A DNA stretch of 64,000 nucleotides from Macrostomum lignano. Taxonomy: Eukaryota. This document shows positions 10,598 to 23,049 of the stretch, piece after piece (positions within the stretch are counted from its first letter, which is position 1; each line of letters starts with the position of its first letter). Location of the stretch: positions 86,133-150,132 of the forward strand of contig NIVC01002677.1 of assembly GCA_002269645.1 (NCBI GenBank), in the 5' to 3' direction. The position numbers were made by a program, and so were the translations under genes. Under the pieces are notes generated by a model that did no database searches, was not told the origin of the DNA, and was given only the letters and a program-made list of their open reading frames with translations.

Positions 10598-11799
10598 AGA
10601 CACGCATGGAGTGAACAAGAAAGTGCAGTTTCAATAAAAAAGAAGCCACTTTTTCCTTACTTTTCACTCAGAAGCGGAAGCAAACGAAGGAAGGCATACA
10701 TAATATTGTAGTGTAAATTGGAAAAAGCCATGAAAGTGCTTATGAGTAGTGAAATAGCTTAGTGTGAGGCAACTTCCGCCCCCCCCCCGCTGAGCAGCAG
10801 TGGAGAACGAGGAAGTAGATTGTGTGAGCAGTTCAAACTGGCCAGCTCAGAGTTGAACAGCTGTCGCCGTTCTTGCCACAGCCTTCCTTTCCCCTAAACC
10901 GTCGGATTACCATAATCGGGCATGCTTGCGGCCCTACGTGTGTAGAGCGTGGGTTGGCTGTATTGGATTTGGATGGGGCATGGACTGCTAAATCCCTAGA
11001 ACCTGGACTAGAAGTTGAGTCTGAGTCCGTTCAAAAGTCCATGAGGGTCCAATAAAAGCATGTCCACCGCTATTCTCAGCGATATCCAGGCGAAGCCGTG
11101 TCCCCTAGAGGCCTCTCCCTCCCTTTCTGCATTTCCCTTGTTGGCCACCGGACCGAAACACAGTAATCTAATCATGTGGTCAGCAGCAGAGACAGAGAGG
11201 ACCAGAAGAGCCGAGAGACAGAGAGGTATCCGCAGAATCGATTGCTTCAACAAACGCAGAAGAAGAGAAGAGAAGCCGAGGCTGCTGAGCACGATCGATC
11301 GGTGTTTTGCTATAAAACAGGAATCTCTATCCAACCCCAGCTAACCCCGCCGTGCTTATGTGCATTGCCTCAGCGTTTAAACAAATTTTAAAGGGCTATT
11401 TAGTGTGGAGATAGCGGGAGGGATGCATCCCGTCCCCTGCATCCGGGTGCAGAGACCGGCCGCCCAAGGACAACTCGCTCAAGGACTTTTACAACTCTCA
11501 GTCTAAATTTTTTTAGCTAGGAATAAAAAAAATTAGATGGCGCTAAAGCTACTGAACGCACTCTCCAATTGTTGGGCACTAAAAGTGCTGTATTTTTGGA
11601 TATTTTAGAAAATGCGGGTAATTAGAGCTCCCCGTAATGTAGGGATACATATTATACCTTTTGCATATGCTGAAGCCCCTACTTAGGACAATAGGTGGGG
11701 TGTATGGTCCAAAACGAGTATATTTATACGACCTTTAATTAGTGGAGGTTGAGTGCCAATAAGAAAAGGAGGGTTGTACTTGTAGTGTGCGACTAAGGA

Positions 11800-11945
11800 A
11801 AGAGAGATGGGGAGAGAGGGTATGGGAAGAGAGATGGAGAAAGAGGGTGTGGGAAGAGAGATGGGGAGAGAGGGTGTGGGAAGAGAGATGGGGAGAGAGG
11901 GTATGGGAAGAGCGATGGGAGAGGGTGTGTGGGAAGAGAGATGTT
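11800..11945. repeat. 27-bp purine-rich tandem repeat (GAGAGATGGGGAGAGAGGGTGTGGGAA)x5
   Basis: Visible tandem units. Confidence 0.85.
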
Positions 11946-12496
11946 GACAGTTGAGAGAGGAGAGCTGGAGGCGAGATGGCGGGAGAGAGGGAGATGAAAA
12001 ATATGTGGGAAGTTTACAAACTGGTTGCATATCAGATGGGTTGCGTCGTTTGAAACTAAAATGGGAGTCGATTTGATCAATTGGGATAGAAAAAGTAGCG
12101 AGGGGAGTCAGGGGAAGGCAGTGAAGAGGTGTCAGCTTCCCTATGTGAGTACGGAAAATATTGATCTGTTATAGTCGCATGCACTGCTGAGCTAAACCGG
12201 ATGAATCTTGGGACTGGGAATACTTTTGTGAATTAGTGGAGAACTCCCTTAAATCCCCTTTCTCTCTTTCAACAGTCAAAGCTAATAGAGGGCCAGAAAC
12301 CGAAATTATTTTTGGTATTTTGGCAAGCTTCGTCACATGAAAAATGCTGTTGCTAGCAGATGCAAAAGTAAGGGAGATGGAGCCTTTAGTTTTTTGAAAA
12401 ATGGGCTCTATTCAGATTTATCAATTAGATTTGCTCATCATTGCTCAGAATTGGTTTTTTGACGGCTTCTCTAATTAAAATTTCATTTTATCTGGG

Positions 12497-13135
12497 ATCT
12501 GGCGGAGATGGATTCTCAAAAATGACACCAGATTCTCAAAAATGGCACCCGATTCTCTAAAATGACACCAGATACTCCAAGATGACACCCGATTCTCCAA
12601 AATGACCCAAATTTTCAAAAATGACATCAGATTCTCAAAAATGGCACCAGATTCTCCAAAAATGGCACCAGATTCTCCAAAAATGGCACCAGATTCTCAA
12701 AAGTGGCACCAGATTCTCAAAAATGGCACCAGATTCTCCAAAAATGGCACCAGATTCTCAAAAGTGGCACCAGATTCTCAAAAATGGCACCAGATTCTCC
12801 AAAAATGGCACCAGATTCTCAAAAATGGCACCCGATTCTCTAAAATGACACCAGATACTCCAAAATGACACCCGATTCTCCAAAATGACCCAAATTCTCA
12901 AAAATGACATCAGATTCTCAAAAATGGCACCAGATTCTCCAAAAATGGCACCAGATTCTCAAAAGTGGCACCAGATTCTCAAAAATGGCACCAGATTCTC
13001 CAAAAATGGCACCAGATTCTCCAAAATGGCACCCGAATCTACAAAATGACACCAGATTCTAAAAAAATGGCATCAGCTTCTCAAAGATGAGGCCAGACTA
13101 TCCAAAATGGCACCGGGCACTCCAAAATGGCACTG
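12497..13135. repeat. 20/21-bp minisatellite (AAAATGGCACCAGATTCTCC/A)n
   Basis: About 30 units, starting ~65 nt inside the LRR-Ig intron 1 donor. Confidence 0.95.
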
Positions 13136-13199
13136 GACTCTCGAATTGTTTAACATTTATTAAACATTTTAATGAAAGCAGCGCAGAGGTTGAACAAAC

Positions 13200-14369
13200 C
13201 TGTTCCGAAGCGGCGGCCTGTAGGTGACGTTGCTTCCCCGCCCGGTCACCCAGGTCACGTGGGCGGGCGGCTCGGCGGCCACCCGACACAGCAAGCGGGC
13301 GGAATCGCCGACTCCGTAGCTGGCCCGGCCGCTGAAGTTCAAAAATCTCGGCGCCCGGCAGCCCAGCTCGGCCGTGAAGTTCAAACCGGACAGGCGGCGG
13401 CCGCTGAGCCGAGGCGGCCCGGCGCATTTGGCGTCCGGTCCCAGCTCGACGGCGGCCAGCCAGGCGAGGCCGCAATGGCTGCAGTTCCAGGCGCCGCCGC
13501 CGTCGACACGGATGCTCAGGCGGCGCAGCGCGGGTCCCCAGCTCCAGCCGGCCAGTTTTGGACAGCGCCGGAAGCGCAGCTGGCGCAGCCGCGGCAGCTG
13601 GTTCAACGAGTCGACAAATTCGTACGTCACTTCGGTCAGGTTGGGCGAATCAACGAACTCCAGCCGGCGCAGGTTCGGGTGGCCCGCCAGGCCGCTGGCG
13701 GACAGCCGGCCGCTGGCCGAGAGGCGCAGCTCGCGCAGCCCGGACCCCCGCGGTGGCGTTGGCCAGCCGCTCCAGCTGGGCGTCCAGATCGGCCAGCGGA
13801 CTGCCGGACAGATCGAGCCGGTTCAGGTCAGTCAGGACGACGCTGGAGTTGACGGTCAGGCCGGTCAGGCCGCAGGCGGAGACGTTGAGCTGGGCGAGGT
13901 TCGGGAGCGCGGCCGAGAGGCTCGTCAGCGGAAATTCGCCAACGCCACCGTCGCCGCCTTCGCAGGACAAGTCGAGCTCCGCGAGGCCCGGCCAGAGCTG
14001 ACCGCGCCGGCTAATCAGTTTGGCGAGGTCGACAGCCGGGCGTCGAAAGCTGCCGCCGAGGCGCAGTCGGCGAAGCTGGCCCCGGCGCCAGTCGGATCCG
14101 AGGTCGGCGAGTTCGGCCAGGAGGTCGACGGGCGGCGACAACGATGTTGGCGCGGCCAACGTGGCGGAGAGGCTGGCCCAGGGCGGCTGGCGGATTGCGG
14201 CCAGGCGGTTCCAGTCCGCAACCGAGAGGTCGGGACAGTCGACTTCGCTCAGGCCGTCAGCTGAGCGGCAGGTGCATCGGGCCGGACACGCCGGCTGCGG
14301 CATCGGCCGAGCGGCGGCCAGAGCGATCACCGAGAGCAGCAGCAGCTGCAGCAGCGGCGATGACGACAT
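13200..14369 (-). CDS. LRR-Ig transmembrane protein, exon 1 (signal peptide, LRRNT, LRRs, LRRCT, start of Ig); 1 frameshift at 13745-13749
   Basis: MSSSPLLQLLLLSVIALAAA signal, CPARCTC LRRNT, LxxLxL repeats, WNCSHCGLAWL..CAGP..LGC LRRCT, LLCRVAAEPPAHVTW Ig; donor AG|gtttg at 13199. Two ORFs (13650-14369, 13169-13630) join across a G5 run. Confidence 0.85.
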
Positions 14370-14466
14370 TGCGCGATGAAGTGAGAGGCTGGACTGAGCC
14401 TGAGGAGGGGCATTCGAAAATTGAATTCGTTTGTTTGAGCTAGACTTGATTAAAAACTTAAAATCT

Positions 14467-14560
14467 ATTGGGATCTATAATACATCTATTGGGATCTATA
14501 ATGCATCTATTGGGATCTATACAGCATCTATTGGGATCTACAAACAGCATCTATTGCGAG
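14467..14560. repeat. ~21-bp tandem repeat (CATCTATTGGGATCTATAATG)x~5
   Basis: Visible tandem units just upstream of the LRR-Ig start. Confidence 0.8.
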
Positions 14561-17280
14561 GATCTATTTGAAGTATGAGAAAGCACAAGCAGAGCTTACC
14601 AAATGGACAAAGTGTTGTATTAACTTTTGAATGCGTTAAGCTTCTTCTTCCTTCCGAGCAAAAGCAAGTCAGTGGCTCGTGCTTGATTATCTTTCAACCC
14701 CGACAAAGTTTTCGGACCAGAACTGGCTGTCTTGCCCAAAACTTCCTCGGGGTGGAGGCGACACACAGAGAGAACTGTAGAGTTCAGAAATACTGGCTGC
14801 TGCTGAGGTTTGGGAATTGGGTAAACTTTATTTAGAGAGAGAGAGGGGGGAGAGGGAGAGAGGGCGAGGGTAGGGCTGGGAGACACGAGAGCAGTCATGC
14901 CCCGGTGGGGACACGCACGGGAGGCCGGACGAATTTGCACTTCCCCCGTCCAATCCCGAAGCCCCTAATCCCCAGCTGATTAGGGGAGGATGTGGGCTCC
15001 TTCACGGGTGATGGACGGGCCGCCCCGGTATTGCTTAGCAAAGGATGCGTGAAGGCGACGCCCCATGGCCTCCCTCAGTTGGGAAGAGGAATGAAAGAAA
15101 TGGGGCGAGGGTGAGGGAGGGTAAGAGGCGGGAAGAGTGTGTACACAAATCGGAGGAACCGCTTCGGGTATGGGGGTGGGGGATGGTTGGTCGGCGTCAG
15201 ATTCAGGGGGAGAAAGAACTTTCGGGAAGAGTGAAAACGGAAAGAAGGGGAAAAAGTCCCCAAAGAAGTTCATGAAGCCGCTATAGGCCGAGAGAAGGGA
15301 AGCGATGCAGAGCTATAGTGTTCCTCATTCGGTGTCGAGGGGAAGGAGAGCGGGGCAAAGAGAAGCTCTGGGGACGACGAGAGAGGATCGGGGACGAGTC
15401 TAAATCTTCAGCCTCGCCCTCCCCCCCCAGGCCCAATTCGGATCACATGACCGGCTCCCGCATACTGCATAGTACTCGAACATTCGCTGGCACATGCACC
15501 AGAGTTCGGGTAAAATGAATTGCCCAAAATCCAAGTGACTTTTCTTGTTGACTCCAAGGCAAGCCAGTTGCTTTTTTCGCTTCAGCGGATCAGGGAATTC
15601 CCGCGGGCATTCCAGTTGTCTGCTCTAATTAGCGAACTAATTGGAACCAGAGAGCTGTAAAGCATATTAAGGGGCTTTGGAAATTGAAGCATGTCCTTGA
15701 ACTTCACTCGGTAGAAAATTGTTAGCTAAAAGTTCAACGTCTAGAATATTTGATCATGTTAACACGGAATTCTCATTTCAACACTTCTCCACATTTCGTT
15801 CCGAAAGTGTTGCTTCTAATAGAGCTAAATAGCCATTAAGACCATTGTGCAAACTCAGCTCAGCTCTTTAGTTTGTTTAACCAATGATACGTGTAATTAT
15901 ACTACACCCAAACTGAGGTTCAGGAAACGGCATCAAGCGTTCAAGCTCGTTTACACCAACTGACTGATGCCCAAGGACCACTGTAGGATAGCGGGACGTG
16001 ACACTCAAAGATCGTATAATGTTTTTGGAGGCCAAATTCCTGGAAAAAATAGACTGCGGAGACAGCGAAAAATCTTTTTATTCATCACATAATCAATGAT
16101 TTGCATTTGATCTAAGACAGTGAAGATTACCATACTATATTGCATGTTACTCTACTGTGTTTTATGTAACTGTTTACTGAAACATTCACGGGCCACATTC
16201 GGCCCGCGAAGCCTCGATCTCTATCCGACATTCGGGTCCTTCGAAACTTCACAATGGCAAATCCGACCCGCTTAAAGTCTCTTCTCAGCTCTCTTACCCC
16301 TCTCTCCCCCCTCTCTCTCTCTTCTCCTCTCTCCTCTCATCTTACGTATCTATATCTTCTCCTCTCCTCTCTCTTCTTTCCTCTTAATTATCTCTCTCAT
16401 CTCTTCTCTTTATCCAATCTCTATTCTCTCTCCTTTCCTCTCATCTGGCCTGCAGCCATAAGCTAGGTTCTTTATCTTGCACGGCCCTTGAAGAGCAAAA
16501 AAGTTTGCCGACCCATGCTTTGTATACATGACCGCGTCAGAGGGCGACGTCGAAACCGTTCTGCTTTACAACACCGAGGCCTGCATGCTGCGCGCCGCCT
16601 TCAAGACCGCGGCGACAAGCGAGTCACCAACGCGACAAATCTATCGTCGCGCCAACCTAAGGTCCGTTCAAGCGAACTATTGTGCCGTCAGCGGCTCCAG
16701 CTGACAACAGGCTACTCGTCGAGTTTTTCTGCCCACAAACGATGCAGGAGGTGCTGCTGCTTGACGCTGCAGGCAACCATACCAGAGAGGACAGGTGGTC
16801 TTTGTCAACTACATGCACATGTGCAACCCGGACTAGGTCGGTGGCGCGGCCTATTTTGTGCCCTAGCACAGAAGCGCGCCCTCTGACTCTTCTTTTTTAA
16901 AGAAATTACTGAAAGCGTATTTTGCTGTGTTGTTTTTGCCAGTTGCTGTTTTATATTTCGCACTGCAGTAGCGCATTTTCATGTAGAATAATTTTATGAC
17001 TGAATTTGATACGAAGCTCAGCAGCTTGCACGGTTAGGGCGAGAAGTGAAGTCGGTATGAATGTGTGGATTATGATGAGACTGCAAGTAAAATCGTCAAT
17101 GTGTGACGCACCACAGATCACAAACTATACGCTCGTAGTCAGAAATTGAAAAAAGATAACCGCCAGTCAGTCCTTTACTATAGAGCCTTTGGCAGAGCGA
17201 TTTACGTCACAGCTCACTACACTGCAAATGACGCAAGGTTTTCCAACTCATGCTCCGGTGCACTGGGTCAGGATGGCGAT

Positions 17281-17545
17281 TTTCATTGTCGGCTGATTTT
17301 CCATGCAAGAATGGCATTCTTGCACTCTTTTGCGTGCAGGAATGGATGTCTATGGTAAAATCTCACTGAAAAAGCATTAGGCGCAGAAATGCATTCCTGC
17401 ACGGTTTTGTGCATTCCTGCACGATGAATCATCCGACAATGGAATTCCTTCACGTTCACTCGTGCGTGAAGGACATCGTGCACTCGTGCGCTAGCGCGCA
17501 CTCGTGCAGATGTCATTCCCGCACTCGTGACCGTGCAGGAATATA
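17281..17545. repeat. Small inverted-repeat/hairpin element (MITE-like)
   Basis: 17281-17313 is an imperfect inverse of 17412-17444; perfect 10-bp palindrome TGCAAGAATG-G-CATTCTTGCA at 17304-17324; repeated CATTCCTGCAC/GTGCAGGAAT modules. Confidence 0.6.
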
Positions 17546-19088
17546 CCAATGTTGCTGAGTTATATGAGTTTCAGCAGTGCTAATATCAGAACAACGAAAA
17601 TGTGTAAATGCCAAATAATAATTACATGTAAGAGTTTAAAAAACTTTCACTGTTTTTGTCATATAAAATAGCAGAAATAATTAACACTAGAAGCCATCTG
17701 ATTTAGTGAAGATGTTTTTTGATTTATGTAATTTTGTTTTTCAGGGTATGATAATAACTTTCGGATAACTGATTCGTTGAGTTTCAAAGAAAGCGCAAAG
17801 AAAGAAGGCTTTGGTTTTCACTAGAACTGCTTGCAAGATAAAAAGTCACATAGGCCCTAGTCTGTAGGACTACTTCAGAATCATATGTCTTAAGTCTAAC
17901 CCTTTATATTAGCATTTTATCATCTCTGAGTGTCAATGGATGGTGCATGGCATTTGTTCGGGGTTTTTTTAAGAACATTAGACCTGGGCTGGGCCTATTT
18001 TATTTATATATTCTTTTGCCATCGATCACGTCAGGTGGAAACTCCAGTTGCACAAATGATTAATCATTTTCCAGATAAGTGCAATATGAAGCAAATCAGC
18101 AAAGAGTTAATACTAGGCCTAGCCAGCCCTGGGGCCTGGTCTAGGTGCTAGTTAGTAAATAAAGTCGAAAGAAAGTTGTATTTCAGCATTTTTATAAATT
18201 CCAAGCCTAAGAAAAAGCTTCTTGCAATAAATTAGACGAATTTTCTATCTAATATAGCCATAGCCATAGGCCTAGGTTACATTGCCTAGGTTAGAATTAA
18301 TTGTTACTTTGTAAACAGAATTATTGCCTATTAATTGCTCATTAGATTAAAAGTCATTAGAAATTAATAGATAGGCCTAACTAGCCTAGCCTAAAAGTGC
18401 AGAAATACAAAGTTGGCTATTGTAAGCTCTGGAAAAGTGCTTACATTGAAGTGAAAAATAATGGCCTCCCCTTGTCTTAACTGGGCTGGGCTATCTAGCC
18501 AGACTAGCTCTACACTAAATGATAGGCCTAGATAACAAAGCTGAGGTTTGAAGGCCAAGCTAGCAGCCTGCAAAGGCATGACATAGTAGACTTGTAGATA
18601 AAACTTGTATTCTAAAAATTTTATCAGAAGAAGTAAATACTTAGACTTATACTCAGACCCTATTCTAAGATCTATGCTCAGAAATTAATTATAGTTTAGC
18701 ACAACTTTGGTAACAGTGATTAAGATGTTAAGAAAGAGGTTTAGCCCCATTCGATGAGAGAACCAGAATGCCTATGACACCTTGGTGGCATAACAGTGGG
18801 ATTTCCTTTAGTATAGGAAAAGGAAACAGCACTGGGACACTTTGATTGAAAAATCTGACAAAACTTAATTATTTTAATTTATAATAATTATTATTAAAGG
18901 CCTTGATTATTAAAAAAACCTAATGTTTGTTGGTTTATAATTGATTAATTAACGCCTTAAAATATCTTAACCCATTTTCATGAAACTTATAAGTCTACTA
19001 TTTAATTCGAAAATTAAGACTTAATATTTGTACAGATTAAGAAATGTTTCATGCTAAGGGGGTTAAATATTTAAAAAACCTATTTTTA

Positions 19089-20061
19089 CAAGGGGTGTCC
19101 AAAAAGTAGTGATACTTTTAACCATAGTTCTGGTTCTATAGCTTCCTGTGATTTAAAATTTTATGAACTGATAGCAGAAAATCTCTTCTACAAACTGCTT
19201 TTTGAATTTTTAAAATTGATACCAGAGAACAAAAGTTATACCCACGAAAATAACAGTACCTATACCATAGAGTTACACAAATTGTATGAAAATTTATAAT
19301 AGTTGACTTCTGCACTCATTCATTAAGAAGGCATTGATAAATGTCTTGTTTAAGCAATACAATTGCAAAATGATGCTCATTGTGACTGACTGGAATTTGT
19401 CTATGGATGGAATCATGCGCAGAAAAATAAAGCATTAAATTCATTACTTTACTTGCAAACAGAGGAGCTTGCATTTTGCGATTTGTTCATGATTTTATTG
19501 CCCATACTCGACAACACATGGATGTGCACTCAGTTGTTGCTCAGCAAAGTACCATCTTCACTCTTTGGGGTGCTGGCCATAGTGCCTCAGAAATTCACGC
19601 AAAACTTTGCTCTGCGCATGGATCCTCTGCGGTCAGCAAAATGACAGTTTATCAATGGATTGAGCAGTTAAGCAAGGGAAGGACTGACTTGGCAGATCAG
19701 CATCAGACAGGGCAGCCATACGTTCATCAACCTGATGTACTAGCAGACTCCATTCTGGATCTTCTTGACCTTTAGAGAGATCGCTGACACTCTGATAGGT
19801 TAGACATGCTGAAATCAACAATTCATTGAAGCTTACTCGGCATGTATCTTGTGAAGCTCAGCCTATAATTTGTGTAACTCTATGGTACAGGTACTGTTAC
19901 TTTCATGAGTATAACTTTTGTTCTCTGGTATCAATTTTAAAAATTCAAAAAGCAGTCTGTAGAAGAGATTTTCTGCTATCAGTTCATAAAATTTTAAATC
20001 ACAGGAAGCTATAGAACAAGAGCTATGGTTAAAAGTATCACTACTTTTTGGACACCCCTCA
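19089..20061 (+). mobile_element. Non-autonomous, internally deleted Tc1/mariner (mariner-type) DNA transposon
   Basis: 195-bp TIRs (19089-19283 and 19867-20061, about 9 mismatches), TA on both sides. Internal ORF 19476-19775 QSTIFTLWGAGHSASEIHAKLCSAHGSSAVSKMTVYQWIEQLSKGRTDLAD..TGQP is the mariner HTH; no DD34D domain. Confidence 0.92.
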
Positions 20062-20706
20062 TATAATGCTCTGAATAAATAGATAATCATTATTTATAAT
20101 ATTGACTTTTTTAATTTTGACTATAACAAAGATTACATCATAACTACCTTTTTGTTTATCATTAGTAACAAGTTGATTGGCTAAATTGTAACTTTTACTT
20201 TTATTTGAATTGCATAATCACTATAGTCACAAGATTTTCCTTGGTATATGGCAGTAAAATATGAGCCACACCTATATTGGATCCTAAAAGATATAAACCT
20301 ATATTTTAAGTCAAATAGAATTAAAATTTTGTATACCAGTATGAGTTTAAATCTATGATTGGCTATCATTTTAGACATTATTTATACAATTACTATATTA
20401 TTATTATCCATTAATGTAATTTAAATAATAAAAATGTTTCGATTTCGACAGTGCATAAAGCATAAGGTTTAATTATAAGCTAACAAATAATGACTGCATT
20501 TTTGTGAAGCCATGATTTAATCTAGTAATACATAAAAAATGAATGACCTTTCCATTGATTATATTTTTCGGCTTGATCAGATAGTTTTTTATTTATTTCA
20601 TGGCATCCCACTTTGCTGCATCCCACCAGAAAGTGAAGAAGTAGATCCAGCATCCTTGAAATCTCAGCAAACCAGGCGGGCGGTCTCGCTTTTGCCCGAG
20701 GAGTTG

Positions 20707-21726
20707 ATGGACTCATCTGAGCAGCTGCAGCAGGCTGGGGACGAGCTTGACGATCGCAGCGACTCGCTGCCGCAGCCACCGCTGGAGGCGCCGACGCGTC
20801 CAGGACGAGCAGCAGCAGCCGACGAAGATGAAGACAAGCAGCTGGCCCTGCTTAAGACCATCGACGTGGAGGACATCCACACGGAGGTGGCCGGCAAGAC
20901 CAGCCGCGGCGCCATCCGGCGCATCGCCCGCGCCTCCAGCTGCGAGGCGCCAACGCCGGCTGCCCTGGCAGCAGCAGCAGAGGCCGCATCCGAAGATGAT
21001 GAAGATGACGAAGACAAAGAAGCCAATGATGAGCTGGGGACGGCAACGGCGGCGGCTGAGACTGACAAGCCGTCAGCATCCGACCCGGGCTCGAACTCGA
21101 GACCAGCCGCTGCTGTTGCCGAAGACAGCATCGCAGCCGGCGTGACGGCGCTGCTGCTTAACGAAGCTGAGCAGCAGCAGCAGCAAAAGCAACAGCAGGA
21201 TGATGTAGAGGAGACACTGACAGCAGAATGGAGAACAGCTGATCGGCACGTGTTTGTCATGAGCCGTTCAGGCAAGCCGATCTTTAGTCGGCATGGCAAC
21301 GAAGAGAAGCTGGTGACCCACATGGGCGTCATGACCGCCCTGGTGTCAGTAGTTGAGGACTCAGACGATCAGGTGCATTGGTTCGAATCCGCTGATCGCA
21401 GATTCGTATTCCTAGCCAAGGAGTTCCTCATTCTCGTGTGCATCTGCCGGTCGGCCGAGTCGCCTACTCAACTGCTGCTCCAGCTCAACTATTTATACAA
21501 TCAGATCCTCAGCCTGCTCACCTTCACTGTGCTCAAGCGGGCATTTCGCAAGTCAAATTACGATCTGCGCCATTTGCTACCAGATGCGGACAGGTTCTTG
21601 ACCGGCCTGCTGCAGTTCATGGAGCGGGACATCGGGCCCCTGCTGGGCGCAGTCCAGTGCCTGCCACTGCCCAAGTCTACCAGAGACGCTGTCGGCGATG
21701 CCATCTGCTCTGGAGCTCGGGTTAAG
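20707..21726 (+). CDS. MON1: Vacuolar fusion protein MON1 (Rab7 GEF subunit), exon 1
   Basis: Acidic N-terminus, then W...HVFVMSRSGKPIFSRHGNEEKL...MGVMTALVS, QLNYLYNQILSLLT, NYDLRHLL longin domain; AAG|gtgaaa donor. Start codon inferred. Confidence 0.95.
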
Positions 21727-21757
21727 GTGAAAATCTGGATTTTTTTAAGGAGATGGG

Positions 21758-21953
21758 AATAATAATTGAATTGAATACCGCTGCCCTGATTGCCCTGATT
21801 GATTGTCGCCACACCTGCAGCTGGGTGAACTGAAGCAATGCAGAGTTAAGTGGTCTTCTTGCTTAAGGACACAAATTGTTCCAGTGGGATCCGGAATCGA
21901 ACCCCCGACCTTCACGTCGTTAGTCCGACGCTCTGACCACTGGGCTACAAACC
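21758..21953 (-). mobile_element. tRNA-derived CORE-like SINE (family B) in MON1 intron 1
   Basis: Minus strand: A-box TAGCCCAGTGG, B-box GGTTCGATTCC, CORE-like GTGTCCTTAAGCAAG..CACTTAACTCTGCATTGCTTCAGTTCACCCAGCTG, ending CAATTATTAT. Confidence 0.8.
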
Positions 21954-23049
21954 TTAGACACATTAGACACATTATAGAGTAATCCAATAGAGAATTAAGC
22001 AACTCCAAGCCAATCAAAATACAAGTATTGAAAATTTTTTGTTTTTTTAAAAATCAATTTTCTTTATTTGAGGAATGAGATCGCGAAAATGCCGCCTTTC
22101 GATACATATCGTCATCGTGTTTGTTTCTTTAGTAGAAGGACCTACTGCATGCACTTTGAAATTTTGATTAAAATTTCAATGTGGAGATAGTTTTCCTTTG
22201 TACTTTAATGACTAATTAGTGTTAGTGGCAATTCAATATGATCAACTTTAAAATAGGGTCCGCGTGCTTCCAGTTTTCATTGCGGTATTTTCTCATTTTT
22301 CTGTACTGCACTGCCAAAGATTGCAAATTAAAATAAAATAAAATTTTACTATTAGTAGCATATAAAGTATATTTGCTTTATTTTTTATTATAGTCCATAT
22401 ATTACCCTATATATTTATGCTAAGAGTAAAACAGTTAATAGAATTTCATTATTGCTAATTTCGTGAATGCAATATTTCGCTATTTCTACTGTAAGTAAAG
22501 TATCTAGAAGTTGCAAAACAATTAACAAAAAAACAAGTGGTTCGACAAGCTCAGTTCATGGGCTGTTACTAAAATTTGTTATTGTCATTAAGAAATCATA
22601 AAAAATATATTCATTAATTCGTTAACTCGCTTCCAGAATCGTCGCAATCCGGTAAGTATTAGGTGATTGTTTGTTTGTTTGTTTAATCTCTTTTTGTGTC
22701 TTCTGTGTGCTTCTGGTTCAATTTTAACATTCTATCATAAATGCGCTTCATTGGTGGTTTGTTTTACAGTAGCTGCTATTGTTTACCCACTTTGTTGTGC
22801 CTAGTTTTTATTTATTTGGTTTAATAGTTAAAATATCCTGCTCACCAGTACTAATAATTAATAATTTAGTAGTTGAAAAACTGTTCTATACGTCTAGCGA
22901 AGATAATTTTAAGTGGTTTTTAAGACTTTCAGTTTTGGGGAATTCTAGCCTTTTTAATTGCTCACAAATTGGCTCTCCCTTGCTGTTATAACTTTAGAAT
23001 ATTGGTAACAATCTCACAATTAGACAATTATTCAAGAAGACGATGGGAA

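Noticed and set aside
9699-10667. 322-aa Pro/Ser-rich ORF joining the 18-bp array to an Ig segment; also the 24010-24894 ORF
   Set aside because: Good acceptors at 9997 and 24727 explain the real exons; the upstream parts are intronic arrays.
17850-18660. Cluster of TAGGCCTA-like words
   Set aside because: There is no periodicity or terminal structure, so it is treated as low-complexity decay.
21870-21953. tRNA genes (also 36830-36895, 3358-3420, 4936-5005)
   Set aside because: A/B boxes are present but acceptor and anticodon stems do not pair, and each continues into a shared SINE body.
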